Source of the DNA: Candidatus Omnitrophota bacterium
Lineage (GTDB): Bacteria; Omnitrophota; Gorgyraeia; Gygaellales; Profunditerraquicolaceae
NCBI GenBank assembly: GCA_003598135.1
Contig: QZKA01000027.1
Span: 20,788 to 84,787, forward strand
DNA length: 64,000 bases
Direction of reading: 5' to 3'
A program made the translations under genes and the position numbers. Below, piece after piece: positions 36,877 through 46,910 of this stretch (position 1 is its first letter; each line of letters starts with the position of its first letter). Below the pieces are notes generated by a model. That model saw only the letters and a list, made by a program, of their open reading frames with translations. It was not told the origin of the DNA and did not search any database.

Positions 36877-37905
36877 GTGAAAAAGATTAATTTAGGGATA
36901 ATCGGGTGTGGGCATTGGGGGCCGAATTATGTGAGGAACTTTAGTACGATGCCTGAAGCAAGAGTTGTATGGGTAAGCGACCTGAAGGAAGAAAGGCTCA
37001 CGCATATCAGGCAATTGTTCCCTGGCGTAAAGGTTTCCAAGGATAGTAATCGCGTCATCAACGACGATACAATTGACGCAGTAGTGATTGCTACCCCGAC
37101 GGTTACCCACTACAAAATGGCCCTACGGTGCCTGCAGGCGGGTAAACACGTGTTGGTTGAGAAGCCGATGACTACCGCTATCAAGGAGGCAGAAACACTC
37201 CTCAGTCTTGCCTCAAGGTGCAAAAAGACGTTGATGGTAGGCCATACCTTCACCTATAACAGTGCAGTGCAGGCAATAAAGGAACTTATCGGCCAGGACA
37301 AATTGGGCAGGCTTTACTATCTCTATTCTTCGCGGACCAATTTAGGGCCGTTACGCAGCGACGTGAATGTGTTATGGGATTTAGCTCCGCATGACGTCTC
37401 TGTATTTTCTTATCTGCTTGGCTGCCTGCCGGTCAAAGTAAGCGCTCAAGGCGCATCTTATTTGCGCAAGGGTATCGAGGACGTGGTGTTCATTACGCTC
37501 TACTTCCCGCGTAATATAATCGCCGGTATACATCTTAGCTGGCTTAATCCCCGCAAGGTCAGAGAGATAACGATTGTGGGGAACAAAAAGATGCTGGTGT
37601 TTGACGATCTCAACACTGCTAATCCCATTTATCTCTATAGTAAAGGAGTTATCCGTAAACAGATATCTCTTCCTTACTACGATACATTCGGTGAATTCCA
37701 GTATATCATCCGCGACGGTGACGCAACTATTCCTAAGGTGGCAATGAAGGAGCCTCTTACGGCTGAATGCCGCCACTTTTTGGAATGCGTTATGACAAGA
37801 AAAGAGCCCCATAGTAGCGGCAGGGACGGCTTAAATGTAGTACGGGTGCTTGCAGCTATCCAGAGTTCCCTGGAAGATAAAGGCCGCTTAAAGGAGGTGC
37901 GTTAA
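36877..37905 (+). CDS. Gfo/Idh/MocA oxidoreductase (paralogue 1)
   Basis: GCGHWG, EKP, GHTF.Y, WDLAPHD and SWLNP.K. GTG start after GAGGAG. Confidence 0.9.
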   Translation: MKKINLGIIGCGHWGPNYVRNFSTMPEARVVWVSDLKEERLTHIRQLFPGVKVSKDSNRVINDDTIDAVVIATPTVTHYKMALRCLQAGKHVLVEKPMTTAIKEAETLLSLASRCKKTLMVGHTFTYNSAVQAIKELIGQDKLGRLYYLYSSRTNLGPLRSDVNVLWDLAPHDVSVFSYLLGCLPVKVSAQGASYLRKGIEDVVFITLYFPRNIIAGIHLSWLNPRKVREITIVGNKKMLVFDDLNTANPIYLYSKGVIRKQISLPYYDTFGEFQYIIRDGDATIPKVAMKEPLTAECRHFLECVMTRKEPHSSGRDGLNVVRVLAAIQSSLEDKGRLKEVR

Positions 37906-38565
37906 TTGAAAACAGCAGCCAATAAATCAGGAAGAGTTCGGTTTGGAAAGGATTGTTTGATTGACGAAGGAGTAATCTTGGGCTATCGTTCCGGCAGAAA
38001 GGGCTTGACCGGTATTTTGGTTATCGGCGCAGGAGCCCATTTGCGCAGTGGCACTGTTATTTATCAATCGAGCATAATAGGGAATCATCTAGAGACAGGC
38101 CATAATGTCGTAATCAGGGAACAGAACCATATTGGAAATAACTTTGCAATCTGGAATAATTCAACGGTTGATTACGGCTGTAAAATAGGAAATAATGTAA
38201 AAATTCATTCTAATTGTTATATAGCCCAATTTACCGTTCTTGAAGATGATGTATTTCTTGCGCCAGGCACTAGCATAGCCAATGACCTTCACCCGGGCTG
38301 TGACTTTTCTAAAAAGTGCCTTCGCGGCCCGACTATAAAAAAGGGAGCGCAGATAGGGGTCGGCTGCACCCTGCTTCCTTATGTTACGATTGGGGAAGGG
38401 GCCTTGATTGGCGCGGGCAGTGTAGTAACCAAGGATATACCTGCGCACTCGGTTGCCTACGGGAACCCAGCCAGGGTAGCAGGCTCTGCTTTTGATCTTA
38501 CGTGTAGATTCGAATTCACCGATAAGCCTTATCGCGAGGCGACCAAGGCTAAGCGTCGTAAGTAA
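37906..38565 (+). CDS. Hexapeptide-repeat acyltransferase (WbpD-like)
   Basis: Left-handed beta-helix repeats, ND.HP and GAGSVVTKD...GNPAR. Confidence 0.85.
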   Translation: MKTAANKSGRVRFGKDCLIDEGVILGYRSGRKGLTGILVIGAGAHLRSGTVIYQSSIIGNHLETGHNVVIREQNHIGNNFAIWNNSTVDYGCKIGNNVKIHSNCYIAQFTVLEDDVFLAPGTSIANDLHPGCDFSKKCLRGPTIKKGAQIGVGCTLLPYVTIGEGALIGAGSVVTKDIPAHSVAYGNPARVAGSAFDLTCRFEFTDKPYREATKAKRRK

Positions 38566-38661
38566 TATTTTAGAATTCTGGCCACACCTTGGACTAAAGC
38601 AATAGGCGGTAGGCGCATAACGGCAAATTCTCAACACCTTCAAAAATTATTTGATTGTACT

Positions 38662-39969
38662 ATGCCTGAACAGCCGGTTGTATTAATTAATCCCCCAAGC
38701 CCTTTTTTGATTAACCAAAAAAGCTTTTCTCCGCTTGGCATACTCTATCTTGCCGCCGAATTGGAAAAAAATAACCTACCCGTGCGGGTTGTCGATTTGG
38801 CGGACTCAGAGAATGATATGGAGGCGGCCTTACGTTCGTATTTGGATGCCGAGCTATTTGGTATCAGCGCAACAACCCCGCAATATCCTTATGCAAGAGC
38901 GATAAAGGATGCGATCAAGAGAGCGCACCCTGAGGCGAAAGTAGTATTGGGTGGCGTTCATGGAACAGACCTCACTGAAAAGTGTCTTAATGACGGGTTT
39001 GATATCGTGGTTAAGGGAGAAGGTGAGAAGGCAATAGTTAAGATCGTGCACGATTTCGCAACGCATTCCCTTGATTACAGGACTTTGCAATTGCCTTATG
39101 AAAAAGATATGGATTCTTTGCCTCTTCCTGCGCGGCACCTGATTCCCCTGAAGGAGTACGGTTATGATATTGATGGTGTACCTGGGGCAAGCGTTATTAC
39201 CAGCAGGGGCTGTCCGTATCATTGCGTTTTTTGTTCAAAAGGCGTCTGGGAACAGGGGGTAAGGCTTCATAGCGTTGAGTACGTCGTAAGGGAGCTGGTC
39301 TCAATCATACAAAACTATACGATTAGCCATTTTCTTTTCCTTGATGATGCCATTAATATTGATAGAAACAGGTTGGTGCGGTTATGCACTGCGATAAAAC
39401 CGCTTGGAATAAAATGGCGTTGCTATGCGCGGGCGGATTTTCACGCCAAGGGTATGCTTATTGCGATGAAGGAAGCAGGTTGCGTGGAGATAGGTGTGGG
39501 CATTGAGAGCGGTTCGCAGAAGATATTAGACATCGTAGGCAAAGGGAGCACTGTGGAAAAGAATACCAGTTTTGTTAAAGAATGCAAATCTGTTGGCGTG
39601 GCGGTGAATGCCTTTGTGATGATTGGGCTACCCGGTGAGACGCATGAAACGGTCGAAGCCACAAAAAAATGGATAGGAGATGCAATGCCGGATAAGTTTG
39701 GTTTTAATATTTTTATGCCTTATGCTGGCACTCCGGTCTGGCGCAACCTAGAAAAATATGATTTGTGTATCGCAGATATTCCCGAGGAACATAGCTGGGT
39801 AAAGGGCAGGCCAGGCCAGCACCATTGTTATGTCTCGACAAACGAGTTGAGCTCTAGTGAAATCTTAAGGTTGTTCAACGAGTTGTTTGATTATTACACA
39901 CAATTGTTACATTGGAGGCCCGGAGTAGGCAGGGTAAAGCAGACTGTCCCGGGTAACACAGTATGCTGA
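38662..39969 (+). CDS. Cobalamin-binding radical SAM protein (class B methyltransferase-like)
   Basis: PLGILYLAA, GGVH, GEGE, TSRGCPYHCVFC, GIESGSQ and GLPGET. Confidence 0.88.
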   Translation: MPEQPVVLINPPSPFLINQKSFSPLGILYLAAELEKNNLPVRVVDLADSENDMEAALRSYLDAELFGISATTPQYPYARAIKDAIKRAHPEAKVVLGGVHGTDLTEKCLNDGFDIVVKGEGEKAIVKIVHDFATHSLDYRTLQLPYEKDMDSLPLPARHLIPLKEYGYDIDGVPGASVITSRGCPYHCVFCSKGVWEQGVRLHSVEYVVRELVSIIQNYTISHFLFLDDAINIDRNRLVRLCTAIKPLGIKWRCYARADFHAKGMLIAMKEAGCVEIGVGIESGSQKILDIVGKGSTVEKNTSFVKECKSVGVAVNAFVMIGLPGETHETVEATKKWIGDAMPDKFGFNIFMPYAGTPVWRNLEKYDLCIADIPEEHSWVKGRPGQHHCYVSTNELSSSEILRLFNELFDYYTQLLHWRPGVGRVKQTVPGNTVC

Positions 39970-41483
39970 TAGGCGCGTTGTTGTTTTTTGTGGGGTATCT
40001 GTTTCAGTGCTGGCCGCGGTTTTTTAACCCTTATTTCGGGGTGGATGTATGGAGGAATCTTTCTATCGCCGATGAAATCAGAAAGTATAAGCGGCTGCCC
40101 AGGCGCAATCTTCCCAAATATATGTTAAAGGGGCCGTTTGACTATCCGCCGCTGCTCAATATATTTCTGTCGCTTTTTTCTAAAAAGTGGCTAGAAAAAT
40201 ACCAGGGTTTTATCGCGCCTCTTTTTGATGCAATCACCGGATTTATCCTTTTTTCATTCACCCTTTTCCTTACGAGAGAAGTCGCAGTTGCGCTCCTGGC
40301 GCAGCTTCTTTTTGTTACTAATCCCCTTGCAGCTATGGAAAACGCAAGCCTTACTGCGAGAAGCCTGGGTAATTTGACTTTTTCATTGACATTCCTTTTT
40401 ATTATTCTTTTCACCGTATTCCATTCATGGGCCTATTTTCTGTTGGCAATCATTTTTGGATTTTTGGTGATTTTTGCCCAGAAAATGGCATCCCAGGCCT
40501 TGATTATGATATCCGTTATCTTTATGCTCTTCAGAATGGATGTTTCCTATGTTCTTATCGTTTCTCTAAGTATACTGGTTGCACTCTTATTGGCAGGCGA
40601 TTTGTATGTCCGGATCGCCAGTGGACATCTTTCTGTGCTTAGATACTTTAGAAAGATTCTTGATAATCGCTATGCGCATCAGGTATCAGGCAATATTGCA
40701 TTAAAAGGCGGGAATGATTTCATCGATAAAGTTAAGTCTTATGTGAATAAACAACCGTTTTTGGCAATGCTGGCCAGTGCTCCTCTTGTCACCATGGGGT
40801 TGGTGCTGTCCTTGTGGGGACTAATTTTTATACCGAAGAGTTTTTCGATACCCCCCGAGCTTTATCTTTACCATATATTGTTTCAATTTTGTCTATGGCT
40901 AATAGTACTGTATTACTTTGGGATTCTTACCGCGCAAGTGCGCGCTATACAATTTTTAGGCGAGGGCATGAAATACTTGGTCTTTGCAAGTTTCCCTGCT
41001 TCTTTTATCGTGGCATACGTGTCGTTTTATGAAATCCGGTTAAACGCTAATTTCATTCCTTTAGTGTTTAGTTTGGTTGTTGTCGCAATGAGCGTAGCCC
41101 AAACGGTTTTCCTTCAGAAGAAAGGGATCGTCAACGACCGGCAGCGCACCCTTACCCCGGTTTTGCGGCAAGTTATGGATTTTTTACAGAATGAGCCTGG
41201 CGAAATCCGTCTGGCGACTATACCTTTTTCGCTCTCGGATATCATTGCCTATTTTACAAAGTGTAATGTTTTTTCATCCGATTCGGCGTTTGTCTTGGGC
41301 AATGATCCTGCGTATACTGACTTTTATCCGGTGTTAAAGAGGCCGCTTGAAGAAATCCTAAGCGTCCACAATATCAATTATTTGCTGATAGATAAGAACT
41401 ATGTGAACCCTGAGGCTTTGCAACTTGCGGCGGGCTCAAAGATTGTCCTTGAGAGAGAGAACCTGTGTCTGATAAAACGCTAA
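39963..41483 (+). CDS. Polytopic GT-C-fold glycosyltransferase (STT3/ArnT-like architecture)
   Basis: About 11-13 TM helices, Asp in the first loop (GVDVW), YPP motif and a C-terminal soluble domain ending NINYLLID. Confidence 0.6.
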   Translation: MLIGALLFFVGYLFQCWPRFFNPYFGVDVWRNLSIADEIRKYKRLPRRNLPKYMLKGPFDYPPLLNIFLSLFSKKWLEKYQGFIAPLFDAITGFILFSFTLFLTREVAVALLAQLLFVTNPLAAMENASLTARSLGNLTFSLTFLFIILFTVFHSWAYFLLAIIFGFLVIFAQKMASQALIMISVIFMLFRMDVSYVLIVSLSILVALLLAGDLYVRIASGHLSVLRYFRKILDNRYAHQVSGNIALKGGNDFIDKVKSYVNKQPFLAMLASAPLVTMGLVLSLWGLIFIPKSFSIPPELYLYHILFQFCLWLIVLYYFGILTAQVRAIQFLGEGMKYLVFASFPASFIVAYVSFYEIRLNANFIPLVFSLVVVAMSVAQTVFLQKKGIVNDRQRTLTPVLRQVMDFLQNEPGEIRLATIPFSLSDIIAYFTKCNVFSSDSAFVLGNDPAYTDFYPVLKRPLEEILSVHNINYLLIDKNYVNPEALQLAAGSKIVLERENLCLIKR

Positions 41484-42724
41484 ATACCAATTTCAGAGTT
41501 TCGTTATTGCGGTGTCAGTCAGCAAAGCAGATACGGCAAAAGCTATATGCGGCCCTTGTTTCTTTTTCGGATATTTTTCCGACCTCTAAAGATGCGCATA
41601 TCCTAATCAAGCCGAATTTAAACAGCAACATGAACGCGTTAACAGGCAATACGACTGATTTGAGGCTACTGGATGCGCTTTTAAGCTACTTGCGCGATCA
41701 AGGGTATGGCGCTATTACGATAGGGGAAGGAACCAGTAGCGGCTTTCATAGAGAAAAAATCAATATATTCACTCGTCTTTGCATTGACAAGCTGGCTAGG
41801 CGCTTCAATGCGAAACTGCTCGATCTTAATTATGCCCCTTATGAGTATGTCGAGTTTGAGCACGGGGAAAAAGCAGCCGTGGCTCGAATATGCAAGGAAG
41901 CGGATTTTTTTATCAACCTTCCTAAATTAAAGACGCATTTTGAGGCCCTTCTTTCTGTGTGTTTGAAAAATATGATGGGTGCGTTAGTGGGCCTTCCCAA
42001 CAAACAAAAGACCCACCGCAGCCTTTTTAAAAATATTCTCAATCTCAATAAATTCGTAAAGCCGCATTTGCACATTATTGACGGCCTTATTGCCATGGAG
42101 GGCACAGGTCCTTCATCAGGGACTCCGATCAAGACTGATGTGGTGCTTATTGGCACCGATCCATATCTGTTGGATTTAGCGTGTGCTAAAATCGCAGGCT
42201 TTGATTATAAAGAGATTCCCTATTTGAGGTTGGCAGAAGAGCGAGGCATCATTAATCAAGATTATTTAAATTTTGTTGAAGCGTTTATCCCTAAAGAAGT
42301 TATCAGGATTTTCAAAAGGCCACACGTCAACTCGCTAGTCAGGTTCGTTAATCATCCTAATTGGCAGTATAGTTTTATCAAAATAAGGCTATCTCCTTTA
42401 GTGAATAAGCTGTTTTCTTTTAAAAGCTTTGGGAGGCTGCTTAATGCGGCAGGCCTACGCCAGGATGTTTTTGACAAGCAGGATTTGTGCCTTAAGGATA
42501 TCTATTTTGAGGCCTCGTTGTGCGATAACTGTAAAAAGTGCCAAGCCTATTGTCCGGTTGGTCTTGTTTTGCCTGAACAGTTACATCCGCTGCATGAACA
42601 GTGTATCGGCTGCCTTTATTGTTTTTTGGTCTGTCCTAAAAAGGCAATCAAAATAAAGGGAACCCTTGGGTTTTTTAAGGAGCAGTTAAAACGTTACGAC
42701 AACATTACGCGCTCAATAGCATAG
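41465..42724 (+). CDS. DUF362 domain protein with C-terminal 2x[4Fe-4S] ferredoxin
   Basis: IKPN, INLPKLKTH, KN.MG, IIDG..AMEG.GP..G; CDNCKKCQAYCP and CIGCLYCFLVCP. Confidence 0.88.
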   Translation: MSDKTLNTNFRVSLLRCQSAKQIRQKLYAALVSFSDIFPTSKDAHILIKPNLNSNMNALTGNTTDLRLLDALLSYLRDQGYGAITIGEGTSSGFHREKINIFTRLCIDKLARRFNAKLLDLNYAPYEYVEFEHGEKAAVARICKEADFFINLPKLKTHFEALLSVCLKNMMGALVGLPNKQKTHRSLFKNILNLNKFVKPHLHIIDGLIAMEGTGPSSGTPIKTDVVLIGTDPYLLDLACAKIAGFDYKEIPYLRLAEERGIINQDYLNFVEAFIPKEVIRIFKRPHVNSLVRFVNHPNWQYSFIKIRLSPLVNKLFSFKSFGRLLNAAGLRQDVFDKQDLCLKDIYFEASLCDNCKKCQAYCPVGLVLPEQLHPLHEQCIGCLYCFLVCPKKAIKIKGTLGFFKEQLKRYDNITRSIA

Positions 42725-42740
42725 CGCAAGGAGCCCGGAG

Positions 42741-43754
42741 ATGATTAGAATAGGCGTAATCGGTTGCGGATACTGGGGGCCTAACCTTATCAGGAATTTC
42801 AGTGAAGTCAGGGACGCGCACGTGATCGTCTGTGCAGACGTTAGGGAGGACCGCTTACAATTTGTAAAACAAAGATACCCGGCTGTTGAGGTTACGAAAG
42901 ATTACAAGAGGCTGTTGCAGCGTAAAGATATTGACGCGGTAAGCATTGCGACGCCAGCGTCAACCCATTTTTCTCTTGCGCGCGAGGCCCTTTCGTACAA
43001 TAAGCACGTGCTTATAGAAAAGCCTATGACTAAGACCTCAGGTCAAGCAGAAGAGCTTATACGAGCGGCAAAAAGCAAGAAAAGGGTTTTGATGGTCGGC
43101 CATACCTTTGAGTATGCGGGAGCAGTGCGCAAGATCAGAGAGCTCTTGAGCCGCGGGGAAATCGGCGATATCTTTTATTTTGATTCAACCAGGGCAAATT
43201 TGGGCCTTTTCCAGAAAGACGTCAATGTTATTTGGGACCTTGCTCCTCATGATCTCTCTATTATGCTCTACGCACTCAAACTGCATCCTGTTCGGGTACT
43301 GGCGGTAGGAAGCGCCTTTGTCAATTCTTCGATAGAGGATATTTGCTATATAACTTTGTTTTTTCCTAAGAAGATCATCGGGCATATACATATTAGTTGG
43401 CTGGCGCCTGTCAAATTTAGACGCACGGTTATTGCGGGGAGCAGGAAAATGATCGTATATGATGATGTCGAGAATATTGAAAAGATAAAGGTGTTTGAAC
43501 GCGGAGTCACGATTAAAGAAAACAACGGGCCCAAAGGGATACTGGAACGCCAGCTCTTTTACCAGATGGGAGACGTTTGGAGTCCCCGGATTGACACTCA
43601 GGAGCCCTTAAAAATCGAATGCGAGCATTTTATTGATTGCGTCAAAAAAGGCAAGACGCCTTCCAGTGATGGGAAAAATGGCCTTGAGATCGTGAGGATT
43701 CTGGAGGCGGTGGATGAATCGCTTAAGGAGGGCGGGAAAATAATAGATATTTAG
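42741..43754 (+). CDS. Gfo/Idh/MocA oxidoreductase (paralogue 2)
   Basis: GCGYWGPN, EKP, GHTFEY, WDLAPHD and SWLAP.K. Confidence 0.9.
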   Translation: MIRIGVIGCGYWGPNLIRNFSEVRDAHVIVCADVREDRLQFVKQRYPAVEVTKDYKRLLQRKDIDAVSIATPASTHFSLAREALSYNKHVLIEKPMTKTSGQAEELIRAAKSKKRVLMVGHTFEYAGAVRKIRELLSRGEIGDIFYFDSTRANLGLFQKDVNVIWDLAPHDLSIMLYALKLHPVRVLAVGSAFVNSSIEDICYITLFFPKKIIGHIHISWLAPVKFRRTVIAGSRKMIVYDDVENIEKIKVFERGVTIKENNGPKGILERQLFYQMGDVWSPRIDTQEPLKIECEHFIDCVKKGKTPSSDGKNGLEIVRILEAVDESLKEGGKIIDI

Positions 43755-44483
43755 ATGGATGGACGGCTAAACCAGAAAGAACAAGTAGGTGTAAGTATTA
43801 TTCTGCCCGCTTTCAACGAGCGGAATAACCTTAAAACGGTGGTTGAATCCGTGATTGCCTCTGTTGCTTGCGCTGTGAATACGTACGAAGTTATCATAGT
43901 TGATGACGGAAGCAATGACGGGACCGGTGAAGTGGCGCGTTTATTGACAAGCCTGCCAAATGTAAAGTTTTTTCGGCACGAGGCCAATTTGGGGATGGGT
44001 GAGGCGGTCAAGACAGGCATCCGTCACGCTGTGTTTCCGATAGTAATGGATATCCCTTGCGATAATCAGTTTAATGCGAAAGATATTTTGTCATTTATCG
44101 AAAAAATTAAAGTCGCCGATATCGTGGTGGGGTATCGGATCAATAAAGCCCAGGGATTCAGGCGGAAATTTTTTAGCGGATTCAATATCCTGCTGCTTAA
44201 GGTACTTTTTGGGCTCAGGCTTAAGGACCCTACATGGGTGAAAATGTGCAGGAAACAAATTTTTGACAGCATCGGAATAGAATCTAAAGGATTTTTCTGG
44301 GAGACGGAAGTTCTGGTAAAGGCTAAGAATCAAGGGCTAAGAATCGAAGAAGTGCCCACGACCATGCAGCCAAGGCTTAGCGGCCAGTCAAAGGGAAATA
44401 GTTTTTTTAGGGCTGTTGATGTATTGTTCTCAATGTTACGCTTGAAAACTGCTTTTGTATTTTCAAATTTTCCGAAGAGATGA
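43755..44483 (+). CDS. GT2 glycosyltransferase (DPM1-like)
   Basis: SIILPAFNE, DDGSND, H..N.G.G and R..GQSK; short single domain. Confidence 0.85.
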   Translation: MDGRLNQKEQVGVSIILPAFNERNNLKTVVESVIASVACAVNTYEVIIVDDGSNDGTGEVARLLTSLPNVKFFRHEANLGMGEAVKTGIRHAVFPIVMDIPCDNQFNAKDILSFIEKIKVADIVVGYRINKAQGFRRKFFSGFNILLLKVLFGLRLKDPTWVKMCRKQIFDSIGIESKGFFWETEVLVKAKNQGLRIEEVPTTMQPRLSGQSKGNSFFRAVDVLFSMLRLKTAFVFSNFPKR

Positions 44484-45871
44484 AAGTTGCGCTAATAAAC
44501 CCTTCAGTACAAAAGGTAATCGAACGTCGCTATGACAGGCCGGTATTTCCACACTTGGGGCTTGGCTATATTGCCTCTTATTTGCGTAAGCGTGACGTTG
44601 ATTGCCATGTGGTAGACGCAAAGATGGAAGGCTTAAGTCTTCCTGGGCTTTTGGGGCGCTTGAAAGAAATCAGGCCGCATTTAGTCGGCTTGACATCTAT
44701 GACGCACGAAATAGGCAGTGTGCATTGCGTTGCCAAGCGGATAAGGGAATTATTTCCAGATGCCAAGATTGCTTTGGGTGGAGTGCATGCAACTTTCTTA
44801 CCCGCAGAAACTTTGCGTGATTATCCAGAATTTGACTTTGTAGTTTCCGGGGAAGGTGAAGAGACTTTTTTTGATCTTTATAACACGTTATCCTGCGGTA
44901 AACCGAACGTAAGTACTGTTGCAGGCTTAAGTTTTCTTGAGGGTGGTACTATCAAAACGAATCCTTCCCGGGAGAAGATCTACAATCTTGATGCTCTGCC
45001 TTTTCCTGACTGGGAAAATTTTCCTGTGGCAAGGGAATATCCGGTGATGACAAGTAGGGGATGTCCGTTTGAGTGTATTTTTTGCGCCAACCCTAACGGA
45101 AGGGTCTTGCGCGCGCGTTCCGCTGAAAGTGTAGTAAGTGAGTTCGAATGGGTAGTGAATAGGTTTCATCCCCAAAGGATTGTTTTCTGGGATGAAGGCT
45201 TGACGTTTGACCGAAGGAGGGCAGAAGCAATTTTTGATGCACTGATTAAGAAAGGTTTGCAGAAGAAGGTAAAATGGTATGCTCAGACCCATGTCTTGAG
45301 TGTCGATTACCTTCTTTTTAAAAAGATGAAAGAGGCAGGTTGTGTTTCTATCGGGTTAGGGATTGAGTCTGGCAATGAAAAAATCCTATCCCGCCTTCAG
45401 AAGAAGACAAATATTGCAAAGATTAAAATGGCCGTCAAAGATGCCAAAAGAGCGGGCTTGCCGGTTGAGGGGTATTTTATTTTTGGCCATCCCTATGAAA
45501 CGAAAGAAACCGCCATTGATACCATTCGGTTTGCAGTAAAGCTTAACCCCGAATATCCTGTATTCGGTATTATGGTTCCTTATCCAGGCACCGAGGTCCT
45601 GCGTATGGCTCAGAAGGGAGAAGGGGATTACCGTTTGCTTTCAAAAGATTGGTCTGACTATAATAAACAACTGGGCCATGCACTTGAGCTTGCCCATTTG
45701 AATCGCCGCCAGCTTGAGCTATTTCAGCTTAAGGGATATATATATGTGTTTATCTGTAACTTAAGACTAATAAGCCTAGTGAGGTTCTTTTTTAAGTACA
45801 GAAAAGAAGCGGTTGCCTTTATGAAAAAAATGCTGTTACGAAAGGAAAATCATGGACCTGAGGCAATTTAA
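44480..45871 (+). CDS. Cobalamin-binding radical SAM protein
   Basis: HLGLGYIAS, GGVHAT, GEGE, TSRGCPFECIFC, GIESG, GHPYET and PYPGT. Confidence 0.88.
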   Translation: MKVALINPSVQKVIERRYDRPVFPHLGLGYIASYLRKRDVDCHVVDAKMEGLSLPGLLGRLKEIRPHLVGLTSMTHEIGSVHCVAKRIRELFPDAKIALGGVHATFLPAETLRDYPEFDFVVSGEGEETFFDLYNTLSCGKPNVSTVAGLSFLEGGTIKTNPSREKIYNLDALPFPDWENFPVAREYPVMTSRGCPFECIFCANPNGRVLRARSAESVVSEFEWVVNRFHPQRIVFWDEGLTFDRRRAEAIFDALIKKGLQKKVKWYAQTHVLSVDYLLFKKMKEAGCVSIGLGIESGNEKILSRLQKKTNIAKIKMAVKDAKRAGLPVEGYFIFGHPYETKETAIDTIRFAVKLNPEYPVFGIMVPYPGTEVLRMAQKGEGDYRLLSKDWSDYNKQLGHALELAHLNRRQLELFQLKGYIYVFICNLRLISLVRFFFKYRKEAVAFMKKMLLRKENHGPEAI

Positions 45872-46907
45872 CCCCTTAAAGGTATTAAACCATTGGGAGA
45901 CGCTTAAGGTGGTTATCGAAGGGAAGAACCCTTATCCGGTCTCCTGCGAAATTGACCCGAGCAATATCTGTAACCATAATTGTATCTGGTGTATTAATGA
46001 CCGTTTTAGAAAGTCGAACAAAGCAATGATTCCAAAAGAGTTAATGTGTAGGATCATTAAGGAAATTGCTGCGTGTGGCGTAAAGTCCATTGCGTTTACG
46101 GGCGGAGGAGAGCCGTTAATGAACCCGGCAAGCATAGAGGCTATTCAGTTGACGAGACGAAAGCGGATGGATGTCGGAATTGTAACTAATGGCGAGCTTC
46201 TCGATCCTGAGAAATGCCGGGTTATTGTGGATAATTGTAGTTATGTTCGTATAAGCCTTGATGCCGGTACCCGCAAGACGCATACCGTTGTCCACGCGCC
46301 CCTTAACAAGCGACAGGATGTGTATAGAAAAATCCTGGACAATATAGGTTTACTCGTAAAATACCGGCAGAAAAATAAAAGGAATATTACGATAGGGATT
46401 GGATATTTGGTAAATTTAGATAATTATCACGAAATAGCCAGGGCTGCGAAATTGGTACGGGATTCAGGTGTTGATTATATGCAGATCCGTCCTGCATTCA
46501 TGCCTGGAAAGCAGCTTTCCGAAAGAATCCGTTTTGAGGCAGAGCGTTTGATCCAAGAAACTCTTGCGTTATCCGATGGGCGGTTTTATGTGTTTCCGAT
46601 TCTGCACCGTTTCGATGAGGTAATAAACCTTGACCGTGCATACGACCGTTGCTTGGGCCACGGCCTCGTGGGAGTAGTTGCGGCAAACGCAAAGATGTAT
46701 ATCTGCTGTCAGCTAAGGGGGGAGGAGGCATTTTGTATCGGCGACCTGCGCCGGGCATCATTTTCTCAAATATGGAAAGGCAAAAGGAGGAAGTCAGTAA
46801 TTAAGTCGATAAACCTCGACCGTTGCCCTCCTTGTCGTTACAACAAATATAACGAAATCTTGGATTATCTTGCGAGTGAAAATAAGACACACAAAAATTT
46901 TCTATAA
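45852..46907 (+). CDS. Radical SAM protein with SPASM/twitch domain (paralogue A)
   Basis: CNHNCIWC, GGGEP, TNG, ISLDA and C-terminal C..CC..CPPC. Confidence 0.88.
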   Translation: MDLRQFNPLKVLNHWETLKVVIEGKNPYPVSCEIDPSNICNHNCIWCINDRFRKSNKAMIPKELMCRIIKEIAACGVKSIAFTGGGEPLMNPASIEAIQLTRRKRMDVGIVTNGELLDPEKCRVIVDNCSYVRISLDAGTRKTHTVVHAPLNKRQDVYRKILDNIGLLVKYRQKNKRNITIGIGYLVNLDNYHEIARAAKLVRDSGVDYMQIRPAFMPGKQLSERIRFEAERLIQETLALSDGRFYVFPILHRFDEVINLDRAYDRCLGHGLVGVVAANAKMYICCQLRGEEAFCIGDLRRASFSQIWKGKRRKSVIKSINLDRCPPCRYNKYNEILDYLASENKTHKNFL

Positions 46908-46910
46908 CGT

